A stretch of DNA of 64,000 nt from contig CM059432.1 of assembly GCA_030390025.1 (NCBI GenBank), positions 91,018,001-91,082,000 on the forward strand, in the 5' to 3' direction. The stretch is from Squalus acanthias (lineage: Eukaryota). Positions 1 to 11,677 of the stretch are shown piece after piece. How positions within the stretch are numbered: the first letter of the stretch is position 1; each line of letters begins with the position of its first letter. The position numbers and the translations under genes are program-made. The notes under the pieces are model-generated. The model was not told the DNA's origin, ran no database searches, and was given only the letters and a program-made list of their open reading frames with translations.

Positions 1-100
1 CCAGAAGTGGGTGGGTAGAAGGCGGGTTCGGGTCAGGGTTCAGTTTTTTAACTTCCCACCCGACCCCAACCCACCCGTTTGTTGGGGTTAAAATCTCCCC
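1..100. mobile_element. Right end of a Harbinger-type MITE, truncated by the window edge
   Basis: GC-rich GGCGGGTT/ACCCGACCC subterminal motifs ending in AAAATCTCCCC, the same terminus type as the other Harbinger elements here. Confidence 0.6.
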
Positions 101-323
101 AATCAGTTTATGTCCCATTGCAACTTCCCACTCCCACCAGCACTACTTACTTACTGTTCCTCCTAACTTAGGATGCAGAATTTCTGGTGGGAGTCAAACA
201 GGACAGCTTTGATCTTTCCAATGTTAAGTTGGAGAAAGGTGAATGAACTGCTAGATTTTTCTCTGTGTATATAACATGAAATAGAGCAGGTAGAGAATGA
301 GATGACCAACAATGTGATATAAT

Positions 324-1086
324 GGGCCAGAAATTCGGCTTTCCGGCTTCCTGCGGGTGCAAGCATCACGCGCGTACTTGCCCACCGCGCCTGCAGTTGT
401 GCTTTGGGCCCACGAGGACTTCGGGTCCTGGGCCTCCTCCAGCTGCCGGCGCGCAGTGCTTGTGTATCCCAGGGGCGCAGTTAGTTCGAAGCGTCCCCTG
501 GGATCACGTGGGCCATGGAGAGCCAATCCTAGCAGGGCATTTTCATTCATAGATTTGACAGGAAGACCTGTCAAATCTATGAATAGAGATCGGCCCCAAA
601 ACCACACTTAAACTTCAAATAAATTGAAAAAAAAACATCACATTTTTAAAATAACTAAGTTAAATAAATTAACTACTTTAAACAAAAATTTAAATTTTTG
701 AAAAAATTATTTATACTTTTTAACGGTGCTAAAAATAAACTTACCTTTCTTTAAAGTATCTAAAAAAGATAAACCTGTTGAAAAAATGTTTAAATTGTAA
801 TTAATTAACCACTTACCTTGTTAAAAACAGGCCTTGCGCCTCCTTTTTAAAAGTGCAGCTTCTTCATACTTACCTTCCTGGAGAAAACTGAAAAAAACAT
901 CGAAGTTCGCTGCGTGCGCGCAGCCTCTCCCGCGCACGCGTTCGACTTCTGAACCCCTCCCTTCAGGGGAACGGAAGTTCCGGTTTCCCGTGCATGCGCA
1001 GTGCATGCAGGAAACCGGCACTTCAGGTGGTCTTACGGGTGAGTACACAGCGCGTACTCACCCAACAACAGCCGAATTTCTGGCCC
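324..1086. mobile_element. Harbinger-type MITE, family A (763 bp)
   Basis: Perfect TIR GGGCCAGAAATTCGGC ... GCCGAATTTCTGGCCC; GC-rich arms around an AT-rich core; homologous to 8932-9663 (shared CCCTGGGATCACGTGGGCCA and GAAACCGGCACTT); flanks AAT/ATT. Confidence 0.9.
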
Positions 1087-1484
1087 ATTAATAAGTATCT
1101 CTCCATGTTAGGTTGACTTGACAACATAAAATGTAGCATGGTTATCCTCAAAAGTGGAAATATTTATTGTATCACAGTTTTGATCATGATACAGTTTTTT
1201 TCTAAAGTAAATAAATATCGAGTAAAATTTCAAGTGAAAATAATCAACTTACCAACAATGTTTTAGGTGCTTTCTGATGTCACTTTATCACTATTCCGTT
1301 CTTACCATTGGAAATATGATATTACTGTATGTACCATTGCTATTTGTGTACAAATGTTACATTTATTTATTTGTTTATTTATATATATATTTACAGGGTT
1401 ATAATTCTCTTACACTACTTGTGCATAAACACAAATAAAAAAGCTCAATTTACTATGTATACCTTTTTTGTTGAATTGTAACAG

Positions 1485-1946
1485 TTAAATACACTCAACA
1501 GAGAAAACCTAAAACAAAAAAGACAACTGGAAAAAGAACAGACCCACCGTCATCAGCTTGAACTGCAGTCAGAAACCTTTGGTCAGACCATCCTATCTCT
1601 TAGGACCCAACTGAAGGATCAAAGAGACCTGGAGCATCTATCTAGTCAGCCAGTATCTTTACTTGAAGGGGCTATGGCTTCTGATCCAACAACCCTTTTA
1701 AACTGCTACTTCGGACTCAAACAAAAGTCAGTCAGAGTTTCCGAAAAGGAGAGAGTTGAAGATTTAACCAGCGAAGATCTAGAAAAATCAGAGATAACTG
1801 ATCCAGTGGTACCAGACAAATCTTACTGGATCCAGCGAGTTGGAGAGCTTTCTGCTCAGCTGCAAGAAAGCACTGAATACTGGACAGACAAAATGAATGA
1901 ACTAACCAAGGAAATTGAGCATGTTAATTCACCTTCCAAAAAATAA
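1485..1946 (+). CDS. Terminal coding exon of an unidentified coiled-coil host gene (LNTLNRENLKQKRQLEKEQ...SYWIQRVGELSAQLQESTEYWTDKMNELTKEIEHVNSPSKK*)
   Basis: Acceptor ...ttttttgttgaattgtaacag| at 1484; 153 open codons in frame with ORF 1674-1946; E/K/Q/L-rich helical composition; stop followed by AATAAA near 2049 and ATTAAA signals; no TE similarity seen. Confidence 0.75.
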   Translation, partial: LNTLNRENLKQKRQLEKEQTHRHQLELQSETFGQTILSLRTQLKDQRDLEHLSSQPVSLLEGAMASDPTTLLNCYFGLKQKSVRVSEKERVEDLTSEDLEKSEITDPVVPDKSYWIQRVGELSAQLQESTEYWTDKMNELTKEIEHVNSPSKK

Positions 1947-3281
1947 TGGGTTCTGAATTAGTAAGTTCAGAAAACACTTGAGAAAAGAATTAAAGGTCAC
2001 CTCCTGGAATATGAGAGGTTTTCATGTTCATAACAAACTGTTAATAGGAATAAAATAATACTGATGAGCTCACATAAAAACCATTATTAATGTAAAATTT
2101 GCATTAAATATTTATTGATTGCAAGTTTACAACAAAATTTGTGCAAGTCCAATGGGAAAAATTAATGAAAATTGGTAAACAACTGTATCTGGACTACTGA
2201 AAAAGCAGACTACAAAAGGAAGTCAAATAAATATTATGTATTCTGAATAATTAAAACTCTTTAAGCAGCATTGGTATATAAACAATCAGAAAATTGGCTA
2301 CATTTTTGTTATTATTTTACAAGTCTAACGAGTGGACTTCTGTGTGTATATGACTATCACAGAGCAGTTGGAAATGGATTCACAACCACGCTTCTGCACA
2401 TTTAGAGTTCTCAGTCTTAGCCTGGTCATCATGGATAGGGTCTTTGCTGACACTAAGGGGGATTCATTTCTCAGTTGCTCACAAACAGCTCCGAGCAGTT
2501 GGTTTCTAAGTGGCATTAAAGGAGGTCTGAAAACACGTTGGCTACCTCTTGGCTTGGAAATAATGCAATGACACATTGGTTTCTTTTGATACAGAGCTAT
2601 GAATATTAAAAGAGAGCTCAATAATATAGGCAAATACCTGTTCTATAGCCTTTTCATGAAGTATTCCTTCCAAGGACAAGTCACAGTTCAACACCATGAA
2701 TCATTTATCTTTTCCTCAGTTTAGCAAGACAGTACATATCACTTTATTGCTGTTCAATCTAAGAGTATGTTTACATCTTTTTATTAATTTCTATGTTTTG
2801 GAATTGTTATCAGTTATTGAGCTGTTTAAACATTTCCTATGTTGATTCATTAATGTATTCACACAATTCTTACTGACTATGATCAAGACAAACCACTACT
2901 TCTGAAAATTGCTGGGGCAGCTACAGTATCATGTAATATGGCAGAGTAAATATTTTGGAAAAGAATCAACATTCTTACTGCGTGAGAAAAGCTCTTTTTG
3001 AATTTTTTAGAAAAAAACGTAAATTAAAGCACAAAATAATTTTTAGTGATGATGGGAGTTAAAAGTAAATATTATTCATAAATGTTTTCACCCCACTTGA
3101 ATTTGTGAAATAAGATTGTTTTGAACACTGATATTTTTGAAAATCTATTTATTCTTGCCCATAAAATGTTATTATAAGCATGCAGCTGGCCTACCATATT
3201 AAGCTGCCCTGCATATTGTTACACTCCTCAGTCATTGTTTAAGGAAGCAACAGAGTCAGTGAGATGGAAAATAAAAGATTA

Positions 3282-3716
3282 AGGGGGAAAATTAGTTAGC
3301 GACCATTTTTCGCCAGCAGCCCGGCACTGGAGGAGTACTGGGCTGCCAGATCGCGGCACGGACCCCATGTTGAAAGACGCAACGGGCCGCGACAAATAAG
3401 TCAGCCAATTTATTTTCCCACGCCCGCCACCTTCCCTTTACTTACCGCTCCGTGAGCCTCCAGCCGCTCCTTTGCCGTCCACTGACTCAGTCGCTGTCAT
3501 CGCCCGGCGCAGATTCAGTGGGCGCGGGTCAATTTTGCAGGAGAGGCGAAAACTTCATCATCGCCTGCGCAGCGGAGTAGGGCGCTACCGGTTACCGCCG
3601 CCGCTAAACTCCCGCTGTATTTAGCGGGAGTCATTAGCGGCGCCGTGCCCGGGTGAAAAGTCGTTTACATCCCATTAGTGCCCCCGGGAGGCACAAATGC
3701 ACTGAATTTCTAGCCC
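3282..3716. mobile_element. GC/CpG-rich Harbinger-type MITE, family C
   Basis: Termini AGGGGGAAAATTAG ... CTGAATTTCTAGCCC; right arm similar to 53550-53676; flanks TTA/ATA. Confidence 0.8.
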
Positions 3717-4217
3717 ATAATCTTTGACATCACAACATTGTTACAACATCATAGCATACTGACAAGGGAACTTCAATTGTTGCTAAGTGGACTTTATATC
3801 CTACAGCTAGTGAATGATTATCTACTTACTCAGGTGTTATTGAGTAACAGACATAAAAATATTTTTTCTATACTAGCAGATGTCCCATGGCATTGCTCGC
3901 AGTACATTAAATAATGGACTATTTTATAAGCACAGAAGCATTAAACCATCTGACGCACAATATAATCTGCTGCTGAAGTACACGTTACATAATATCTATG
4001 TCCCTTTAAGGCCACAGGGTCCAATTGCATGCTCTAAGGTCATGTAGAAGTTTATTATTTCTCTAATGATTCTCTTGAGGTCATTTAAAGGTTGATTAAT
4101 TGTCAGCAGGAAATGACTGACTTTGTTTTTTTTAATAATTTTTTTTTTAAGACTAGTCAATTTCCCATGACATTACACAGCAGGAAGTGTAGTCTTCAAA
4201 TGAATAATACAATCAGT

Positions 4218-5333
4218 GACCGCGATTTTGCCAGCCGTGGCGAGTCTGGTGCGGACAGCAGCCTCAAACTCCGCACCCACCTTCATCCCGCCTCCTCCAA
4301 GTGATTTTGCCCTGATTGGGCTTGTTAAGCCCGCCCTGTGAGGTTCCCGGCCAATTAAAAGGAAGCAGGTCTGATGACGTCATCTGATGACATGTCATCA
4401 GCCGGTTTCCTTAAAGGGGCCACGTGAATGGTGAGACATAACGTCCCCTCCCCCCCCCCCCCCCCAATGGTGATGCGTGTGAAAGGAATGGCTTGGACAT
4501 TGTAGGGATGCTTTATGGCGCTGGTCTGGGGTGGTGCCAACCTGGTGCATCATGTGGCAGCCAGGGTGTACAGTGTTAAATGAAGCAAATCTGGACATGG
4601 TGAGGCCATCGCTGGCGACCCGGGCAGTAATGTGCATGGGTGATGATGCCCTGTGTCCAGTGCAGCATCAATTGATTGCGGAGAAGGTTGGTGTGGATGC
4701 TGGTGTGCCCGGTGATGCTGGTGTTGGGGCTGATCGTGGTGGGATTCTGAGGACCAAGGTGAGATTTTTTCAAGGGCACCGATGCTGATGGAATAGATGG
4801 CAGGTGAGGTTGAGATGACAGAAGTAATCTGTCAATGTTGAGATAGGTTGTTCCAAGGAGGTGACAGTGGATAGAGAGATTACTCCAAACACTTCAAAAG
4901 TGCATAAAGCTCAAAAGTGGGTTTGAAATCATTAATGCTCCAGCTTCTGAGATTGGAAAGTGACCAGCTGTAAAATGGTAGCTTTTATACCACTTTTGCA
5001 GCTGTCACCTATTGAAAGAAATGGAGAGTTGTTCCGAACCCGACATACTTACCTTGTGTGATCCCCGAGCATCGGGAACCTCATGGAAAACTTGGCAAAA
5101 TGCTTTGGAACTGGGAAAATGGGGATTAAATTGCTTTAAACACTCTCTTAACTAGCACAATTGCATGACCCGCCGCTTAGTGCCGGGTCTGCAAAGCGCA
5201 GGCAGAGCCGGCACTAGGGAAACTTACAAGGAGGCGGGTTCAGAGTGGGATACTGCCTCGCTGTCAATCTTTTTGATTTTGACAGCGGACCCGCCTCCGA
5301 ACCCGCCCTCTGAGCGCCAGCAAAATTCAGCCC
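4218..5333 (-). mobile_element. Non-autonomous Harbinger deletion derivative carrying N- and C-terminal transposase scraps on the minus strand
   Basis: Termini GACCGCGATTTTGC ... GCAAAATTCAGCCC; flanks AGT/TGT; left arm homologous to 54554-54780; minus-strand HITARVASDGLTMSRFA resembles the transposase C-terminus at about 13760-13813. Confidence 0.8.
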
Positions 5334-5926
5334 TGTGTGTGTCGACATAATTCAGTTCCCATTTTAAATTCAGACATTCTAACCTTATTTTTATATAATG
5401 TATATTTTGTTATTTATAGTTAAATACCAAAATCTATGTCAATTTTGAAGCAGAGAAGTACAGTTGGCAGATCATAGCTTCTCTGCAGTAACGGCTGAGG
5501 AGCTGGTAACTAGTACAGCGCCACCACTAGTGGGAGGCTGTAATTACAGCATGATAAGCTTATATTGGCGGTTTCCATTATAAATGTGAACATAGGAATT
5601 TATGATGGGAAACATTGACAGGGAGTGAATGTAGATGTAATATTTTAAATATTTTATACGGAGATATAAATGTATAATTTCCAAAGATATATTTCCTTCA
5701 TATGTGTAAGCTATCTGAGTTCACAAATTTTTAGTTTGTATATATAATAACACATTTTCCAGTTGTATGCTCCCAGTGCAAAGTGTTGTCCACCAGGAAA
5801 TTATATCAAGAAATTGCACAGATGGATGCTGTCAGAAAATTTACCCTATTGTGCTATGCTGTAAAGATACATGACACTGATAGGTTGAGAAATAGTTCAG
5901 ATTTTAATTTTGCTTTGAAACTATTT

Positions 5927-6119
5927 ACATAGAAATTACAGCACAGAAACAGGCCACAGAAATATGCTCCACACGAGCCTCCTCCCACTCTATTTGCTTC
6001 ATCTCACACTATCAATATATCCTTCTATTCCTTTCTGCCTCAAGTACTTATCTAGCTTCCACTTAAATACATCTATGCTATTGTTCTTAATCACTCCATG
6101 TGGTAGCGAGCTCCACATT
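5927..6119 (-). mobile_element. Short CR1 LINE 3' fragment
   Basis: Reverse complement resembles the CR1 end-of-ORF2/3'UTR (tggagctcgctaccacatggagtg...ctagataagtacttgagg). Confidence 0.6.
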
Positions 6120-6290
6120 ATCAAATTTAAGCACAGGGTTCACCTCTGGTAAAATTATTTGTGTGTAAAAGTTATAAGCTAATTGTTTAAGAAATTAAAA
6201 TCCTCAGTCTCTGTGAGCCATTTTGGTGATTACATTTTCAACGATTTAGCAAACGATATTGGTACACTTCAAGTTATTGGTCAAACTATT

Positions 6291-8125
6291 AGAGCTTCTA
6301 CAAGTATATAAAACGGAAGAGAGTAGCTAAAGTAAATGTTGGTCCCTTAGAGGATGAGACTGGGGAATTAATAATGGGAAACAAAGAAATGGCAGAGACT
6401 CTGAACAAATATTTTGTATTTGTCTTCACGATAGAAGACACTAAAAGCATCCTAATAATAGTGGAAAATCAAGGGGCAAAAGGGAGGGAGGAACTTAAAA
6501 CAATCACCATCACTAGAGAAAAAGTACTAGGCAAACTAATGGGACTAAAGGCTGACAAGTCCCCTGGACCTGATGGCCTGCATCCTAGGGTCTCAAAAGA
6601 AGTGGCTGCAGAGATGGATGCATTGGTTGTAATCTTCCAAAATTCCCTAGATTCTGAAAAGGTCCCAGCAGATTGGAAAACCACAAATGTAATGCCCCTA
6701 TTCGAGAAAGGAGGGAGACAGAAAGCAGGAAACTATAGGCCAGTTAGCCTAACATCTGTCATTAGGAAAATGCTGGAATCCATTATTAAGGAAGTAGTAG
6801 CAGGACATTTAGAAAATCATAATACAATCAAGCAGAGTCAACATGGTTTCATGAAAGGGAAATCGATTTTGACAAATTTATTAGGGCGAGTTCTTTGAGG
6901 ATGTAACGAACAGGGTGGATAAAGGGGAACCAGTAGATGTAGTGTATTTGGATTTCCAAAAGGCATTCGATAAGGTGCCACATAAAAGTTACTGCACAAG
7001 ATAAGAGCTCATGGTGTTGGGGTAATGTATTAGCATGGATAGAGGATTGGCTAACTAACAGAAAACAGAGAGTCGGGATAAATGGGTCATTTTCAGGTTG
7101 GCAAACTAAGTAGTGGGGTGCCACAGGGATCAGTGCTAGGGCCTCAACTATTTACAATCTATATTAATGACTCAGATGAAGGGACCAAATGTACCATAGC
7201 CAAATTTGCTGACGATACAAAGATAGGTGGGAAAGCAAGTTGTGAGGAGGACACAAAGAGTCTGCAAAGGTATATAGTTATGTTAAGTGAGTTGGAAAAA
7301 AATTGGCAGATGGAGTATAATGTGGGAAAATGTGAGGTTATCCACTTTGGTAGGAAGAATAGAAAAGCAAAATATTATTTAAATGGAGAGAGACTACAGA
7401 ATGCTGCGGTACAGAGGGATCTGGGTGTCCTCGTACATGAAACACAAAAAGTTAGCATGCAGGTACAGTAAGTAATTAGGAAGGCAAATGGAATGTTGGC
7501 CTTTATTGCAAGGGGAATGGAATATAAAAGTAGGGAAGTCTTGCTACAACTGTACAGGGAATTGGTGAGACCACACCTAGAGTACTGTGTACAGTTTTGG
7601 TCTCCTTATTTAAGGAGGGATATACTTGCATTGGAGGCAGTTCAGAGAAGGTTCACTAGGTTGATTCCTGAGTTGAAGGGGTTGTCTTATGAGGAAAGGT
7701 TGAGCAGGTTGGGCCTATACTCATTGGAGTTTAGAAGAATGAGAGGTGATCTTATTGAAACATAAGATTCTGAGGGGGCTTGACAGGGTAGATGCTGAGA
7801 GAATGTTTCCCCTCATGGGGGAATCTAGAACTAGGGGGCATAGTATCAGAATAAGGGGTCGCCCAGTTAAGATGGAGATGAGGAGGAATTTCTTCTCAGA
7901 GGGTCGTGAATCTTTGGAATTCTCTACCCCAGAGAGCTGTGGAGGCTGAGTCATTGAATATATTCAAGGCTGAGATAGACATATTTTTGAACTACAGGGG
8001 AGTCAAGGGTTATGGGGAGCGGGCAGAAAAGTGGAGTTGAGGCCAAGATCAGATCAACCATGATCTTATTGAATGGCGGCAGGGGCCGAATGGCCTACTC
8101 CTGCTCCTATTTCTTATGTTCTTAT
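6291..8125 (+). mobile_element. 5'-truncated CR1 LINE (ORF2 RT pseudogene plus 3' tail)
   Basis: Motifs [49 protein letters not shown] spread over frameshifted ORFs; tail ctcctatttcttatgttcttat. Confidence 0.97.
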
Positions 8126-8931
8126 AGATAATTCTTTAAAAATGTCTCCAGTATGATAGTTTTGTGACCTCTTGATACCATTATGTAGAGTTAGTTCCTA
8201 CTCGAACTTTGATTCCACTTATGGTATATTTTTTGTTTCATAAATATAGAAGAGCTAGTCTAGTTCTGACTATGGTTTAATCTGAAAGCCTGGCAAGATT
8301 TTTTTTTGCTACTAAAGGAGTTAGCAACTATTTCACTGATTGTATTCACAGCACTTGAAATGTATTTGATGAAAAATGTCATCGCTATCTCCGGTGATAT
8401 TCTACTTCCATTTGATTGGTCGATTGCCAAGAGATGTAAAATTATAAAACGTATGTCAGAGTCTTTATGCCAGTCATCTCTCCCTATTCCTAATTTGTGA
8501 TTTGTTGACAATTACATCATGTTGTATAATAATGTATTTGGACAAGCTCTGTGTATAACATTTCTCTTCGCCTTAGAACAATTGTGGTGTCAAATAGGGT
8601 TACATAGGTTTTTGTATATTCTGGCTGACTTGAGAGTAAAGTTGCTTATGATTGGATATGATGAGAATTGAGCATGTTAAGAAAAAATAAGAAAACCCTA
8701 ATATACTAAGAGTAGCATTATTTTCAGAGCTCTGATACTGTTGCATTATGTAGCAACAACTCAGACAGCTGATGATAATGCCTGATACTACTGTAAATTA
8801 TGAACTCAGCAGAATACATGCAAGTGCCTACCAATAACCAATTTTCTACTACAACTATTTTTTTCCTAAAGATACACTGTTTTGATATGTCTTGACAGAA
8901 AAACATTAAAAAATGTTTAATAGAAAACAAT

Positions 8932-9663
8932 GGCCCGTATTTTCCGATCAGAGGCTTCCTGCGTGCGGATGCCTCCTATCGGAAAAAAATCTACGCCCTT
9001 ATCTGAGGGCTCCTGAGGTCCGGACACTTCCGATCCTGGGCCTCTCCACAGTCGAAATGTGCAGGGCCCACGTATCCCAGAGGTGTATGTGGTTCGCAAG
9101 CATCCCTGGGATCACGTGGGCCAGGCAAGCCAATGAAAGAAGGGAATCCCCCTTCATACTTGTCACCCCAAAAAGACACTAAAACATTAAATACATTTTT
9201 AAACAACCATCACGTTTTTAAAATGAGTTAAAATTACATTAAATTAAATATTTTAAACAAAAATTTAATTTTTTGAAAAAAATAATTACAGTTTTTTACA
9301 GGGCTAAAAATAAACTTAACTTTTTTTAAAGTATTTTTACATTATAAATGAGTGAAAAAAAATTTTTTTTTTTTTACTTTTTTTAATCTCTTATGCTGGT
9401 AAAAGTAGGCCTTACGCCTGCTTTTACCAAGCGTAAGATTTCTAAGGGATTTCAGCAGGCAGAGGTTCTGCAGAAAGCGGAACTATCCGCCCGCAGAGGC
9501 CCTTCTCCAGGGCAGGCGTGCGATCTGTCAGGAGGATTCGTGACAGATCGGAAATGCCAGTTTTCAGTGCATGCGCTTCGCATGTCTGAAACCGGCACTT
9601 GCGAGGTCCCTACGGGTGTGTACACAGCTCGTACACACCCGTAGGCATCGGAAAATACGGGCC
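8932..9663. mobile_element. Harbinger-type MITE, family A (732 bp)
   Basis: Perfect TIR GGCCCGTATTTTCCGAT ... ATCGGAAAATACGGGCC; colinear with 324-1086; flanks AAT/ATT. Confidence 0.9.
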
Positions 9664-9757
9664 ATTGAAAAATAATAAACATGATTTGTGGCAAGATGCG
9701 TTATTTTATTATTATTGATGTGGTTACTTTCTAAATAAAAGTCTTACTTAAAATAAT

Positions 9758-10343
9758 GGCCCGGATTATACGGTGCTTCCGACAGCATATGTCGGTAGCC
9801 TTCAGAATGGCCCCGCAAGTTCTGGGTTTCCGCATGCGCAAAAACCCAGAACTTGCGATCTGTCAAGTTTTGCAAAAAAAATGTAAGTGATTTAAACATT
9901 CACTTATATTTAAAATTAGTTTAGGTAAATTTTGTCCCATTTAAAAATGTTTACATTTATTTTTCAAAAAATTTTATTTTTATTTTAATTAAAGGGTATT
10001 TTAATTCATTTTGAACCTGTGATCATTTATTTTTATTTAAGTGGTGTGAAATTTTATTTATTGGGTGATTTCTATTATGCTTATGGGGATTCAGTACATA
10101 AATGGAATCCCCATAAGCATCAAAGAAAGCCGCCTTTTTGAATGTTTGGCCTGGCCCATGTGATCCCAGGGACGCTTGCAAACCACATGCACCCCTGGAA
10201 TCCATGGGCCTTTACGCATGTGTATGCCTGCAGGCCCAGGACTGGAATAGTCAAAACCTCCAGGGACACCAGGTAAGTTCGTAGTTTTCTTTCGGTTCAG
10301 AGGCGTACACGGGCGGCAAGCCTCCGACGGCAATTTCCAGGCA
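9758..10343. mobile_element. Family-A-related MITE, inverted relative to 8932-9663
   Basis: 10150-10212 is a diverged reverse complement of 9065-9125; termini GGCCCGGATT ... CAATTTCCAGGC. Confidence 0.75.
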
Positions 10344-11310
10344 TATGGAGTTGTGCACAGTAGTTATTAGTTCTAATATATTGCAGCACACCACCAAAAT
10401 TAAATGTCTAAACTATCTGCAAATGTTCTTACCAATAAGATCTGAATGTTCTTAACATCATAATCTGTAAACAAATTTAATGAAGAATAATAATCAGATA
10501 TTTACCTTTTTCATCTTAGGTACTTGTTGAAATAGTTTCATGTATAATCATAAAGTGCTAAATTTGGAATGTGCAGCTTACAATTTTTAGTATAACATTC
10601 TTTTAATTCTCCATTAGCTATTTTAAAGATGATTTATATCTCCTTTCTATAATATGAATGCAGTTTTTAAAAGAAAACACATTTATTGATGTATAATTTG
10701 GTTGGATTGGTTTCTGAGGACATTAAAAGGTATCAACATATACCTCAGGGCACATGAATACAATACTACAGAAAATTAGCTGTCACCATAGCAAATGATC
10801 CCTTATTCAAATAAACATGGTGAGTCACTTTTTATCTTGTCTATAAATGTTTATCATACTGTAAGGACTTACTACTACCATGCCCTGTCTTTGTATTCTG
10901 TAATGGAAATTGAAAACTGCTATAATGTCTCATCTAAATGGATGAAATACTGGGAATTGATGTATGCATATCAACCAAATTCTGTTTTGATTTCAAAACA
11001 TTCTATAAAAATCAAAATTCGGTTTTATTATGCACATTACAGCACTTCCTCGTCATCTCTTCGGTAACAACCATAGCAACTTCAAAGAGGGTGAATTTAG
11101 AGTCTTATCAGATTAATCATAAGAAATAATTTATTATGGCATAATATAGCAACAGGAAATTAACGATTATGGTAGTGCCAGTATGGAAACAGACCTTGCC
11201 GTGGTCTAGTGCTAGTCTGGTTTGTTTTAACATTGTTATCTTGAACGTATATGCAGTACCAGTAAATGGTCATATGATTATAGTAAAATAGCATTCTAAA
11301 GAATATTCTA

Positions 11311-11677
11311 TTCATTCTCAGGATGTTGGCATCACTGGCAAGTCCGGCATTTATTGCCCATCCTTAGTGCAAATGAGTGACTTGATTGACCAGTTTAGAG
11401 GGCAGTTAATAGTCAACCATGCTGGTGTGGGACTGGTGTCACATTAGCCGAGACGGGTAAAGGACGGAGGGTTTCTTTTACTACAGGACTGTGAAGCAGT
11501 TGGGGTTTTACGACAATCCTACAGCTTCATGATCACTTACTGATACCAGCTTTTTATTTCCAGATTTTTTTAACTGAATTCTAATTCTGAAATTGCCAAG
11601 GTGGGTTAACTCAATTATTAGTCGAGGCTTCTAAATTACTAGTCTACTAACAAAACCACTACAGTACCATATCTCCC
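11311..11677 (-). mobile_element. tRNA-derived SINE with a 3' tail matching the CR1-Zenon-like LINE
   Basis: Minus strand starts with a tRNA-like head; its tail (11311-11368) matches the LINE tail at 32616-32672. Confidence 0.7.

Noticed and set aside
2325..2633. 102-aa minus-strand ORF downstream of the host gene
   Set aside because: Non-ATG start, no recognisable domain; probably chance in 3'UTR or intergenic sequence
5043..5055. ATACTTACCT as a U1 snRNA 5' end
   Set aside because: No further U1 similarity; it is the reverse complement of a splice donor
5505..5550. Imperfect palindrome with a CTCF-like core (CAGCGCCACCACTAGTGG)
   Set aside because: Spacing deviates from the CTCF consensus by 2 bp; single occurrence, insufficient support
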